The notes under the pieces: generated by a model
Seen by the model: only the letters and a program-made list of their open reading frames with translations
Database searches by the model: none
Told to the model about the DNA's origin: nothing
Position numbers and translations under genes: made by a program
In this document: positions 45,058-57,261 of the stretch, in pieces
Position numbering within the stretch: the first letter of the stretch is position 1
Layout: the number at the start of each line of letters is the position of its first letter
NCBI GenBank assembly: GCA_973895155.1
Contig: OZ316895.1
Location: 23,532,622-23,596,621 of the forward strand
Direction of reading: 5' to 3'
Source: Marsupella aquatica
Lineage: Eukaryota > Plantae > Marchantiophyta
DNA: 64,000 nt

Positions 45058-48000
45058 CACTGCTAGATACCAATCGGCCATCAAGATTTATCACAGTTTA
45101 CAATTGGTGGGCGCTGATCGAGAAGGAACACAGTTACACTAGTAGGAGTTCTAGGGGAAGATCGAGATGTGGGGAAGATCGAGATGTGGGCGAATTATTC
45201 GACAGCAGATAGCACGACAATCACCCCATATCTATCATCTGGAGAGAGAACTCGAGGCATGCAGAGCGACCCACGACAATCACCCCATATCTATCATCTG
45301 GAGAGAGAACTCGAGGCATGCAGAGCGACCCACTGGATATACTAACAATGTAGCTCTGTCTGTCTTCGTTCGGTGAATTATCTACTGGGTCGGATCAGTT
45401 TTCCACTTGGACAAACAAGATCGATTCAATAATCTACGACCAATGCTTGTTCATAACAATTATGAACGGAAGGGGAATCAATGTGGCCGTCATTCGTGTA
45501 CCCGCCACGACGCCGGCGGCCCAATGTGTATGACTGTATGCCGAATGATTGCAAACGGTTTGCACTCCCGAGAGAATTCAATGCTTATTTATGTTTGCTC
45601 GTGGTACAGAGGTACTATAGGCTAATGATGAAGCCAGTTAAAACCCACCAGCGGCATTTCTACGTCGCAGGCTAGTATTGTTTTCCAATAGAGATGGTAG
45701 ACCACAGTGAAATCTAAGTATCCATACAAATGGTTGGAATGGTATCTCTCTAACATGTTCTCTCATATCTCGTCTCCCCATGGACGTATTAATATGTTAA
45801 TAGACTCTCAAACAATAGTTTCTTGCTGTATAAACCCAAGTACATTTATTATCCAATCGACTAAAATCATGCTCCCATGCATGGACCTTAGACAACAACC
45901 ATATAATTGGGATAGACTAATTAGAAATTAACTTTTATTATAAGTACGTTTAGGGTTTAACAAGAACTTAAAGCCAGGATGGACTGGCAGGTTGTCTATG
46001 AAACCCCCACTGATAAAAGAAACTTGGATGGATTAGGCTAAAACATATAAATATGCATGGATACTATTCTTTACTTTTCTGTCCATACAAAACAGTGTCA
46101 ATGATCAAAGCATCACTTCTGTCCAAAGATTTTCCCTGTCACTAACTCTGTCCTCACTGATGTCTTAAAGATATTTTGTCAGAGGTCAGAGCACTTTAAT
46201 TGAATGCTTCGCTCCATTCCCTAAATAGAGTTCAATAAAAATATAAAGTATATTTAGTTCCTTATATAAATACTTGATTTGGCCTCTATGCTTTATCAAA
46301 CTTCGAGTATGAGTGCTTCACTTTTTACTCATAGTGCCTCAAGTAATTTGCTCAATGGTAAAATACCAAATGAACTTAATTTACTCCAAAAAATAATTTA
46401 ATGTTCATAAGCCCGATTAAAAGGGAATCAAGTAACACAGTGACTCATTAACCAAAGGAACAATTTTGGTTAATTGTAACGTGCGAGCAAATAGTAAAAA
46501 TTTTCCTCGCACGAGCAAAAAAAATTCCTGCATGACCCCTATTTTTCTACATGCAATTGCCTCACTATCAACTACCTGGCTGGTAACATCTCTTTTGGGG
46601 ACTCCCTTTTTGCTAGCGAGCTCGCTAGCCATCTGCAGCCTTTAAAAAACACCAAAAATGTAAAAGGCACCAAAAAGCAACTGAAAATTGGAACCATTAT
46701 TGTCTCGCTATCAAAATCTCCTCACTATCAAAATCTCTTGTTTGCTCGCAACATAGAATACCTCAACAATTCTCACCAAGGAGGCTATGGGGCAAATCTA
46801 AGGCAAAAATAATCTCAATTTTTACAATGGATTCATATTTTTCTACACATTTGTTAAAGATTCTAGGGCATTGACACTTTGCGGAATGACTATACTACTT
46901 TCAGAAATGCTTTTACATAATCTTGTAGTTTATATAACATTGCTCTTGTTACCGGGATTGAAGGAAGTTTTTCATTGTGGAGGTAAAGAAAATTTTAATT
47001 TGCATAAGCAGTTGTTGAATATTATTTTTGACAGACCATTGTTCTTGTTGTAAATAATGTTTTGACTAATTTATTGCTATAGTGCTATTTGAGATTTTTG
47101 GGGGGAGTATTGTTAATGAATCCTATCTTTTAGAGAGCGTTGCTCTTGTTACAAGGAGCACTTCGAGTACTTTGCTGCGGCGGAGATGCGGAAGATTTTA
47201 AATGTGTGTTTTCATTCCATTTCATTGACATCCTCAAATTGACTTTGAGATGAGCACGCAATGTTCTTAGAGGGACAGAAATGTAGGTAAACAATTAATG
47301 AGAGAGTTTACCATCCATTTACAGTTGGGCTGTCTCATAATTAGGTGTAAAATGGTCTGTCCCTTGTCACAGTCCATGGGGATAGATGGGGAGAACGTAG
47401 CAGTCCATCCGGGCTTTTGTTTCGTTTAACAAAGATGACCCTTATGTTACTGTACTATTAATCTCCGTGATTTTCATAGTTATAATATGTTATTTTTTAA
47501 AGATGTTGTTGAGAAATAGATTTTGGTACCAAAGATATCATTGAATAAAAAATTTATTTATTAAAATATATTATTGCACAAAGCCTTTTGTTGAGTGAAA
47601 GCTATCATTGTTCAAAATACTAGCTAAGGTAGCCACACGAGCTATTTTTCTTTTTTCTCCTTGCACAAAAAATATTATTGAATAAAAAATGTCATTGCAC
47701 AAAAACTGGCTATGACCACCACAAAAGAATTAAAAAATGAGAGGTTTTTTTTTTCCTTTTTTTAATCCTTTTTTCTTTTCTATTCCTTTTAAACCTTAAC
47801 CTCCCCCTTTCCCCCATTTCACTATTATTTGGTCTTCTCTTTTTGTCAATCAACATCACTCCACTTGCTCGCTGCCCCTCCCCACCGGTGTGAGGCTGGA
47901 GCCCTTTGAGGGGCTGCCCTACATTTTGACTATGCCCCTCAACCCTTGCCTGACACCTTGCCGTCAACGCCCGTGCCATGCACTTCACTATGTCTTTGGG

Positions 48001-51000
48001 CCTTATTACTTTTGTTTTTTGACATTGAAAATGACAGTGCAAATGACTGTAAAAATCACCACAAGTATTGGGAGGACAATTTTTTATTGGTTAGTGTATA
48101 CAATACTCTATTGACTAGAATACAATTAGCAATTAAACTCAACCTAACTATGAATCTATGATGCATCACAATATTGAATATTACAATACTTCCTTACATG
48201 GATCATGGAGGGAGGATACTCCTTGTGCATGCATTGTGTTGAATTCTTTCACGTTTTGTTTGTGTAATTATTTATTGCTTGTCGTGGATAACGTGCAACT
48301 TTTTGTGAGTCACACTAAACTCAATTCACACTTTATTACTTACCTTTGACCAGATTTTTTAATTTTTGTGCCAAATTGAATGACAAACACATCATTTTTT
48401 TGTGCCACCTCTTTAAACTCAATTCATGATATATCCGTGTATTGCAATTGCAGTCTACCTAAACCTATCCATGGGTGAAAGCAACTTGACTAAACCATCA
48501 ACTGTTTGGTTTGGGGCCGGTAGGGACTATGATTGAATGTTTAGAATTTCAAAACTGATGCGAATACAACATGTGCAATATCTTAAAATGTTCATTGTGA
48601 AATTGTCCTCACAAAACGTGTCCAGATGATGTTCATTGTTTCAAAATTTGTCACAATGACTTATGTCTCTGTCATAAGGTTTGGGAGAATATATTGTATG
48701 ATAGGTTATTGGGAGGCTAAGTATCTTTTGGTCAGCATTTGCATGTCATCTAAGTGACACTATAATGTTGTGAGGTACACTTAGGGATATCAATTGTTGG
48801 GGAGGACAATTTCAAAGTGCATCTTCAATTGGCATAGAGGAGATTTGTGCGAAGTGGGCAATTTTGAATGGAACAGGCTCGGTGACAAGCTACATCACAG
48901 GATAGAGTGTGCACAAAAACAAGACGCAATTTCACATGGATTTAGGATGTGGCCAGGGTACTTGATGCAAAGGCCACGAGAGCATGTGTAAGAATTTAAC
49001 ATTGTCACCATTCATTCTTGATATTTTTTTGGTTATTCTTCTGTATCCACTTCAAATCACGCCCATGTTCCTGGCTGTTTTGTAGAGGATATATAAATAA
49101 ATGCAAATTGTCTTTGCATTCTGCTCTGGTGGCTGATTGTAACTTTATTCTGGATTAGGGCCATCCAACTTTGGGGTGTTTTCCCCTGGCTGCCTCGCTT
49201 GGCCCTCATTGTTTCGGCTTTTGTTGGGCGTATCTGCCCCTGTGTGCTATAAAGCTATTTTCAAACAAACAAAAACAAAAGCAATAGTCTATTAACAATA
49301 ATTGTGAATGATTCCATTAGTGTTACTACCAACACTTCTGTGTTTATTGGAATCAATTCAAAATATTTGTGATGAGAAGATCCCCGAGAAGATTGATCCA
49401 AAAAATGTTGCATGAAACCAGGAATCTTTTTGTCAGGTGTAATCACACCCCTTGAGGGTGAAAATGTGAGTTTACAATGTTGTTGAAACTGTCATTTCTG
49501 GACATAACATACAATGAATACATTACATCAAGAGGACACAACCAAGCCGGTACATTCACATTGCTCGTTGATCAAGTACATTCAAATTTTGTGTTGGGTG
49601 TTTTATCTTAGTAATATATTCTTAGTATGCTCCATAAATAGTGTTTATTTGAGCCCAAAAACTGCTCGACTCGCATATTGCTGTAACTCACATTGCTTAC
49701 ATTGCCACAGTATTTTCATAATAACACTATGGTATTTAAGTGTCAGTTGTGTTAGTATGTTCTAAAATGAGTGTTTTTGAGCTCAAAATATTTTCTACTC
49801 ACATATTACTGACACTCATATTTGCTTACAGTGGACACTCTTTCAGTAACAGCAGTAACTATGGTAGACAAGTGTAGGCAGATATTTGAAGTAAAGAAAC
49901 AGTTGAACTGATTAAAGAAGTTAATAGTACAGACTAGGCTGACCACTAGTCTCTTGAACTCAAATATATATGAGATAAAAGTTGATCAATAGTACAGACT
50001 AGGCTGACCACTAGTCTCTTGAACTCAAATATATTTGAGATAAAAATTTGCCAAAACAAAATTCCTTCCTATTCTCACCCGTTGGTTTTTGGCTCTCATC
50101 TCTATTGTGCACTTTGAATTATTCCTTGAGAGTCACAGTCTAGAGATTTCACTCTATACACCAGCCCTGAAAAGAGTGTAGAGGGTTCACTATTCCTTTA
50201 AAAGTCACAGCCTAGAGGCTTCACTCTAGACACTAGCACTGAAAACGGTAGAGGGTTTTTCCATCGTGCCTTATTAATAAGATACACCTATTTATGGAAA
50301 GAAACAGTTGAACGAGAAGAAGGAAGTTGTCACTGTCTAGATGCTTCACTACAGTGAGTAGCCCTGAAAAGTAGGTGGAAACAATTCAACTCGAGAAAGA
50401 AGTTGATGAACAGTGTAGATAGCAGATATTTGAGGGCAACAAACAATTGAACTCAGGAAAGGAGTCGAGGAAGTAGTGGCTTTCCATATCCTGACGTCTG
50501 AGGATAACTCCCCGGATCCCTAACGGACAACCCCCTGGTTTCATGTTGAAGAGGGGCCAAGGTACCCAGCCGGTTCGCTGCACTAATAAAAGAAGTATAG
50601 CAGTGGTCCTTTCCAGTCTTGTAATCATCAGTAAGGAATCTGGGCCGACTGATCTTCAAGCTCAGTGATTGAAGATTCCTTCCCAGTCTTGTAATCATCA
50701 GTCAGGAATCTGGGTCGACTGATCTTCAAGCTCAGTGAGTGAAGATTGAAGGTTCCATGGCCCTCGGTGGTAGAGCTGCGAGTGCATGAAATTGATAGAA
50801 ATTTGATGGTATTGTTGTGTACAGATTGAGCTAGACGTCAACTTGTAAAAGCCTTCATCAAGACGTCAACTGGTAAAGCCTTCATCAAGACGTCAACTCA
50901 TAAACTCTTGTCGAATTTAGTATAAATTAGTGCAGAGATCAAAAGGCGCCATACCTGGAGAGAGGTTACACATCGAATCAAATGAACAAAAGATCGAAAT

Positions 51001-51951
51001 ATGTTGCACATCAAATCAAATGAACAAAACATCGAAATATGTTGCACATCGAATCAAATGGATAAACAACAGTTCACAGAGGAGGAAAAAAGTGAGCATT
51101 AACAAACGAAAAAGCACACAGAAGAGAATGGGAGATGTCAATTGTTTGTATCCCATCAAGTTTGCGCGTGTCCCACATGGAGCTGGTGACGTCACAATTG
51201 TAGGATGGGTCGTCCTTTGAGGATTCCAAAATCGTCCACGACATCGACTGCTCCGTTGGCCGCTTCACAGAATTCTGTCTCCCTGTTAATTAACCATTCC
51301 CATCTCAGCCTGTTTCTCGAGTAAGTTATCGCTCTCCAGGACGGACGTTATCATCCACCCACAGCTCGCCTTCAAGAGCGCGAAGGATTCTCGAAGCTGG
51401 ACATTTCTAAGCATACGGGCTCATCGTCTAGACTGGTAAATGCTCTAACTGGATGACTGCAAAATGCGATTTGATGTTAGACTTGTATTCGAGCTCAGTA
51501 ATGGGACTTACTCAGCTGAACAGCCATCGCATCCTATTCGTAGAAGGTGTTTATTGAATAGCTTTGTCAGTTTTTGCTATTGAATCGTACCCGAGCTGAG
51601 TGATCTCACTCTTAGCTGCACTGTCATTTCAGAGTCAGTAGAAAGTTATTCACTACATATTAAGGGTGTCAACTTTATTAACGAAAAGTCAACTTCTAAC
51701 CATAGACCAGTGTTGCAGCTCAGTTTTAACATTAGGACTGTTCGACAGCCAACTAATTTGGTTCAGCTTGTGATCCGGACCTTAACAAAGCGGACACTGT
51801 TATACAATCGAGAGTTTGATTTGAGCTCCAGCTCGAGGCAAAGTACATCGATCCAGGCGAAGGAATTCACTTAGTTCATACCCACATTTCATATCATGGA
51901 CTGAGATCTAGTCCGGTAAACTGTTGGTCATGAGTACAGCATTCTAGTGCC

Positions 51952-53478
51952 ATGGAGTCCATGCAAGGAAGGACTTCGGGCGGGAGTTCACAGGTTCAAG
52001 GAGGAGGAGAAGGAGATGCCATCCCCAAGAAGAGCCTCGGAGCAGCAGCCACGCTACGGGGGAACCTGAGGTCCAATTTCTCGACGAAGGGTGGGATTTG
52101 GCAAGAGCTGAGCGGATCGGTGGGAGACATTGGAACATTCTTACCCATCCTGCTGGCGATGGCACTGGTGAACGGGCTGAGCTTCGGGACAACCCTCATT
52201 TTCACGGGCATTTACAATCTCATCACCGGGGGGCTGTTCGGAGTTCCCATGCCCGTGCAACCCATGAAATCCATCGCCGCTGTGGCCATAACGGAAGGAA
52301 ACCCCCTCACCGTGCCTCAGATCATGGCCGCCGGAATCACCACCAGCGCTGTCCTGTTCTTCCTCGGCGCCACAGGGTTGATGACCCTCGTCCAGAAGTT
52401 CGTCCCATTGTCCCTCGTCCGGGGAATCCAGCTCGCTCAGGGCATTTCGTTCGGCCTCACTGCTGTCAAATACGTCGTCAAGAATCAGGTCCTGAGGACC
52501 TCGAAATCGACCTCCGACAGAAGCTGGATGGGCTCGGACGGGTTGCTCCTCGCATTCTCGGCGTTCTTCTTCGTGATCCTGGTTACAGGCGCTGGCGATA
52601 GGTCGGGCAACGGGTCGAACAAGGGCGGGGCCATCGTCAAAGACAAAGACCAAGACGAGAAGTTCACATTTTCTGCTCCTGGTGAGGAACTGCCGACGAC
52701 CATCGAGGATGAAGAGCAAGCTTTTCCGCAGAAGAGAACGGATTCTAATTCAGGGCTCGGGAGATGGAGAACGCGGGCGAGATTTGCATCAATAATTCCC
52801 ACAGCTCTTATAATCTTCGTGGCGGGCGTCGTGATCGCCATAGCGAGGGACACAGGCGTGTTTCGGGGGTGGAAGTTCGGGCCGGCTCGGATGCATGTCG
52901 TCCACATCTCATCGCACGACTGGAGGACGGGGTTCGTACGTGCCGCCGTGCCGCAAATCCCACTCTCGATCTTCAATTCCGTCATCGCCGTCTGCAAGCT
53001 CTCGCAGGACTTGTTTCCGGAGAAGAAATTCGTCACTCCGAGGCACGTCTCGGTGAGTGTGGGGCTCATGAATCTCGTCGGGTGCTGGTTCGGAGCCATG
53101 CCGGTCTGTCACGGATGCGGGGGGCTCGCGGGGCAGTACCGATTCGGGGCGAGGACGGGGCTGTCGGTTGCCATTCTCGGGACCGTCAAGCTCCTCGTCG
53201 GTCTCGTATTGGGGAGCTCGTTGTTGAGATTGTTGAGTAATTTTCCGATCGGGCTGCTCGGAGTGCTGCTGTTGTTCTCAGGGCTGGAGCTGGCTATGGC
53301 GTGCCGCGACCAGGCCACTCGCGTCGACGCCTTCGTGATGCTCGTCGTGACATTCGTGGCTCTCGGGACCAGCAACCTCACGAAGGGATTCGTCGTCGGT
53401 CTCATGGCCTGGGCTGCCGTCAAAATCAACGAGCTTGTGATGGAAGCTCGATGGCCACGACGAGAGGATTTTGCGTGA
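51952..53478 (+). CDS. MOT1: Molybdate transporter, MOT1 family (intronless, 508 aa)
   Basis: ELSGSVGDIGTFLP, PMPVQPMKSIAAVA, PQIPLSIFNSVIAVCKLS and GAMPVCHGCGGLAGQYRFGAR are MOT1-family motifs. Multiple hydrophobic helices. Confidence 0.95.
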   Translation: MESMQGRTSGGSSQVQGGGEGDAIPKKSLGAAATLRGNLRSNFSTKGGIWQELSGSVGDIGTFLPILLAMALVNGLSFGTTLIFTGIYNLITGGLFGVPMPVQPMKSIAAVAITEGNPLTVPQIMAAGITTSAVLFFLGATGLMTLVQKFVPLSLVRGIQLAQGISFGLTAVKYVVKNQVLRTSKSTSDRSWMGSDGLLLAFSAFFFVILVTGAGDRSGNGSNKGGAIVKDKDQDEKFTFSAPGEELPTTIEDEEQAFPQKRTDSNSGLGRWRTRARFASIIPTALIIFVAGVVIAIARDTGVFRGWKFGPARMHVVHISSHDWRTGFVRAAVPQIPLSIFNSVIAVCKLSQDLFPEKKFVTPRHVSVSVGLMNLVGCWFGAMPVCHGCGGLAGQYRFGARTGLSVAILGTVKLLVGLVLGSSLLRLLSNFPIGLLGVLLLFSGLELAMACRDQATRVDAFVMLVVTFVALGTSNLTKGFVVGLMAWAAVKINELVMEARWPRREDFA

Positions 53479-53589
53479 AGCAAGCTCAGGACAGCAACAT
53501 TGACAATTGCGTTTCCTCTCGTGTTCTACAGTCGAAACCTCGATGAAATCAACATTAGCGTTCTGCATCCGGCCCCTCTTATGTGTTTT

Positions 53590-54275
53590 AAATCTAGATC
53601 TCAAATGCAAAAAAGTGTGATCATCTCAATCACACAAGAATCCAAGTGATTATTTTGCAGATGTGAATCTAAGTAAGCAAATCTAGATCTCAAATGCAAG
53701 ACTGTGTGATTATCTCAATCACACAAGAATCCAAGGGATTCTTTTGCAGATGTAAATCTAAGTAAGCAAATCTAGATCTCAAATGCAAGAGTGTGTGATT
53801 ATCTCACTCACACCAGAATCCAAGTGATTTTTGTGCAGATGTGAATTCAAGTAAGCAAATCTGGATCTCAAATGCAAAAAGTGTGATTATCTCAATCACA
53901 CAAGAATCCAAGTGATTCTTTTGCAGATGTGAATCCAAGTAATCAGCGAATTCAGATAGTAAGCAAGAGTGATCATCTCAATCCAAGTGATAGCTCAATG
54001 CGGACACAGCTAAACCTCTATAGCAAGAAAGTGATCACCTCAATCACTAAATCTTGGTTTATAGTATCGTATATTTGCTGTGCTGCCTGTTTATTTGTTT
54101 TGTTTTGTCATGAGGCTATTGGGTTTCACAAATGGGATCATGATCTCAAATGCAGAAAAGTGTGATTACCTCAGTGACACAAGAATCCAAGTGATTACTT
54201 TGCAGATGTGAATTCAAGTAAGCAAATCTGGATCTCAAATGCAAAACAGTCTGATTACCTGAATCCAAGTAAGCA
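53590..54275. repeat. Minisatellite, about 88-bp unit (4 copies plus about 1.3 after an interruption) downstream of MOT1
   Basis: AATCTAGATCTCAAATGCAA...ACAAGAATCCAAGTGATT...GCAGATGTGAAT at about 53591, 53679, 53768, 53857 and again from about 54142. Confidence 0.9.
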
Positions 54276-54599
54276 GCGAAATCATATAGTAGGATATAGT
54301 AATTGTCTCAATGCAGGCACCACTAATCCTATATTGCAAGAAAGTGATCATCGCAATTGCTAAGTCTTGGCTAATAGTAAGCATCATATATGTTGCCAGT
54401 TTTCCTGATTATTTGGTTTGGTTTGTTCTGTGATGGGGCTATTGGGTTTTCACAAATGGAATCATGCCTCTGTGGCTTGCCCAGCTGTATCACCTCCATC
54501 CATCATCAATACTAGTCTCACCCGCTTCCTTGAACAAAACAGAGGTGTGGATAAAAAATTATTGGAAAAACAAGATTCCTTACTCTTCCCCTCCATGAC

Positions 54600-54770
54600 T
54601 GCCCCATCCTTGATTACGTACTAAACTATCAGAGATCTGTCAAACATTAGAATCTCTGCCCCATCCTTGTTTTCGTATTTAAAACTATCAGAGATTTTGT
54701 CAAACAATATAATCTCTGCCCCATCCTTGTTTTCGTATTAAAACTATCAGAGATTTTGTCAAACATTATT
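54600..54770. repeat. Tandem repeat, about 58-bp unit x3
   Basis: CTGCCCCATCCTTG...AAACTATCAGAGAT..GTCAAACA occurs three times. Confidence 0.85.
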
Positions 54771-57261
54771 ATCTACGGGAGTTCCACTTCCCTTTATTTC
54801 ACGACTACGAAATGAAGCATGAACTACTGTATCACTTTTTATAACATGAACCCATTTGAAAATAGTCGAATAATCATTTGAGAAATAACACGTGCAATAA
54901 CCCATTTGTGAATCGACAAGGATTTTTGTATTAATTCAGATATCAATTATAGTAGCTCCCACAAATGTTTGTTGATTCAGGCTTCTCTTCTGGTTTTATC
55001 GCCACTCATGAGACTGTTGGTCTTGGGGGGGATCGTCTACAAAGAAACAAAAGATACTCATCTTTAAGCTCGTGCATGGTGATAGTTTAGTACAAGCAAG
55101 TCTGGAGTAGTTTCTCGCACGGTGGTCTCGATGCTGTGAAAAAGATTTTTGCATGAAGAACTTCGTTGCCCTTGTGTCATAGCATGAATTTGAACCTTCA
55201 GGAATGGGTGTGCTGCATTTTCTTGCATTACTTGCACTGGTGCTCTCTCTAGGTTTCAGTGGTCGATGTTCTTCTCTTTCTTTCCTACCAATGGCTTGTA
55301 ACGCTCGTCTCCAAGTTCCGAACAAAGAGTTCGTCACACCTTCCAGCGAGAGTTCGAGCGAGATAAGATAGTTGCTGGGGTGTCATCATACCCGGGGCTG
55401 GGAACAAATACAGAGTTAAGGTAATTGCTGGGGATGTCATCATACTCGGGGCTGGGAACAAATTCAGTCTCACGGAGATGGACAATACCTGTTGCGAAAA
55501 AGTTTTGTACAACCTTCGCTTCACAGTTGTCTCCAATGTTGGAACCATACATGACTTAAAAGTATCGTGCTGATATCAGGATGTAAAACTGTACACATAC
55601 ATTATCAGATTGTACCGACATGCTCACATACGCGGTCTCATGAAGGAAGGGAAATGCTTAAGCTGCGTTGAGTGAGGTATTTGAGGCACCACCTTGACGT
55701 AGCAATCAGCTATACGCTTGGACAATTCTGACTTCTTGGCTGTATGCAGAACTGACTAGTAATTTGGAATAATTAGAGGACAGTCAATTAAGAAGCTTAG
55801 GAAACCTTTTCGCATACTGATGGCTGCCTAGTCGGATGTTGTCGTCAATCTCAGCAGCGTGCTTTGGGGCCAAAGAGAGATCAGAGAGCCAGAAAGCGGT
55901 GGCGATGGATGACCAGTTGGCAGAATTGAAAACTCTGGTACAAAGAAGCAGAGCAATGTGGACGAACAGTAAAGATTGTGTGCCTTGACAGGGCCAAAGA
56001 AGGGACCCGAAGGAGATCCATGCGATCATGGAAATTGCAATGAAGACTCCTTACTCCACCACAACTTGCAATCACATCTTCTTACTAGAAAAGGCAGAAA
56101 ACTTAACACACTTATCAAATTCTTACATAAAGGAAAAACGCTTATCAAATTTTTACATAAAGGAAAATATTGCAAATCAAATCAGCGCCATAAAAGTCGA
56201 CAGTCGACCATGGGATCAGAGGATTGAGAGATCTCCCCGGTATCCTGAAACTGGTCATGAACTTACTCATTGATGAACTTACTCGAGGACACCGACATGG
56301 ATTTCAAGTAGTGAATGGAGCTTTAAAAGGCTGTCGATATTCAAATCCGCGTTAGCAAGGATTAGTGCTACAGGTTCCATCAATCTCCATTTCAAGGCAA
56401 GATAACTAGCAAAACAAACTTCCCTGGATTTCCACATGATGACATTCACATCCATTAGTCACCAGAATGGCTGAGTCACAGATTCCTCGAGTCTGAGGCG
56501 ACTAAATGAAAACAATCCAGCGTCTGGATCACTGCCAAAGAAATGTTCCAATTCTGTGGCGAAGCCCTAATGTACAATTACTAGGTACTACACCACCAAC
56601 ATCAGTGTTTCGACAGATACAGGTGATCTAATCAGTCATTTATTGTGCGCGTGGACCGGGCCAAATATGTCCAAAAGAATCTTCAGCTTCGAAATGAAAG
56701 CTGTTTTAAACTCCATGATATATCCTGCAAACTGGAGCTCCCCACATCTTGGGATAGACGACAGCTCCTCACTCACTAGATACAATTTCCTGGCCCGCAC
56801 AGAGCCTTGACAGCCATCTCTGTTACGTCATTCGGATCTGCAGGAAGAGGGGTTCTGTGGAATAATCGTACAGTTAAAACAGACCAAAAACTTATATATT
56901 ATATGAATGACTGCTGTTATATCCGAGCTCAAGGTGCTTCCCAAAATGCTGAAGTCAGTAGACACTCAATGCCAGAGTAAACCCTAAAACAACAACGGTA
57001 CAAGTTTTTCAGTGAAGGACTCTCCCGGACTTACAATAATGCTTCATCGAGACCCATTCCGAAAGTCTTCCTGAAGAAACTGCCATGCTTGCCTGTACAC
57101 GAGGGCTTGCCTGTAAAAGGGTAGACACACTCCAGCTGAACATCCGATGCCTAGAACACCAACACCTGCATTCTAACAGCGGCGTAGATTTATTGAATGA
57201 AGAAGTCTACACAGCTCCAAGAGTCAGGACTCAGGAAACGGGTCGTGGACAAAAATCGATC

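Noticed and set aside
52098-53610. Several 110-200 aa ORFs overlapping MOT1
   Set aside because: Alternative-frame and antisense by-products of a GC-rich coding sequence.
53590-54275. Regularly spaced repeats as a possible CRISPR array
   Set aside because: Whole units repeat with no unique spacers, there are no cas genes, and the context is eukaryotic.
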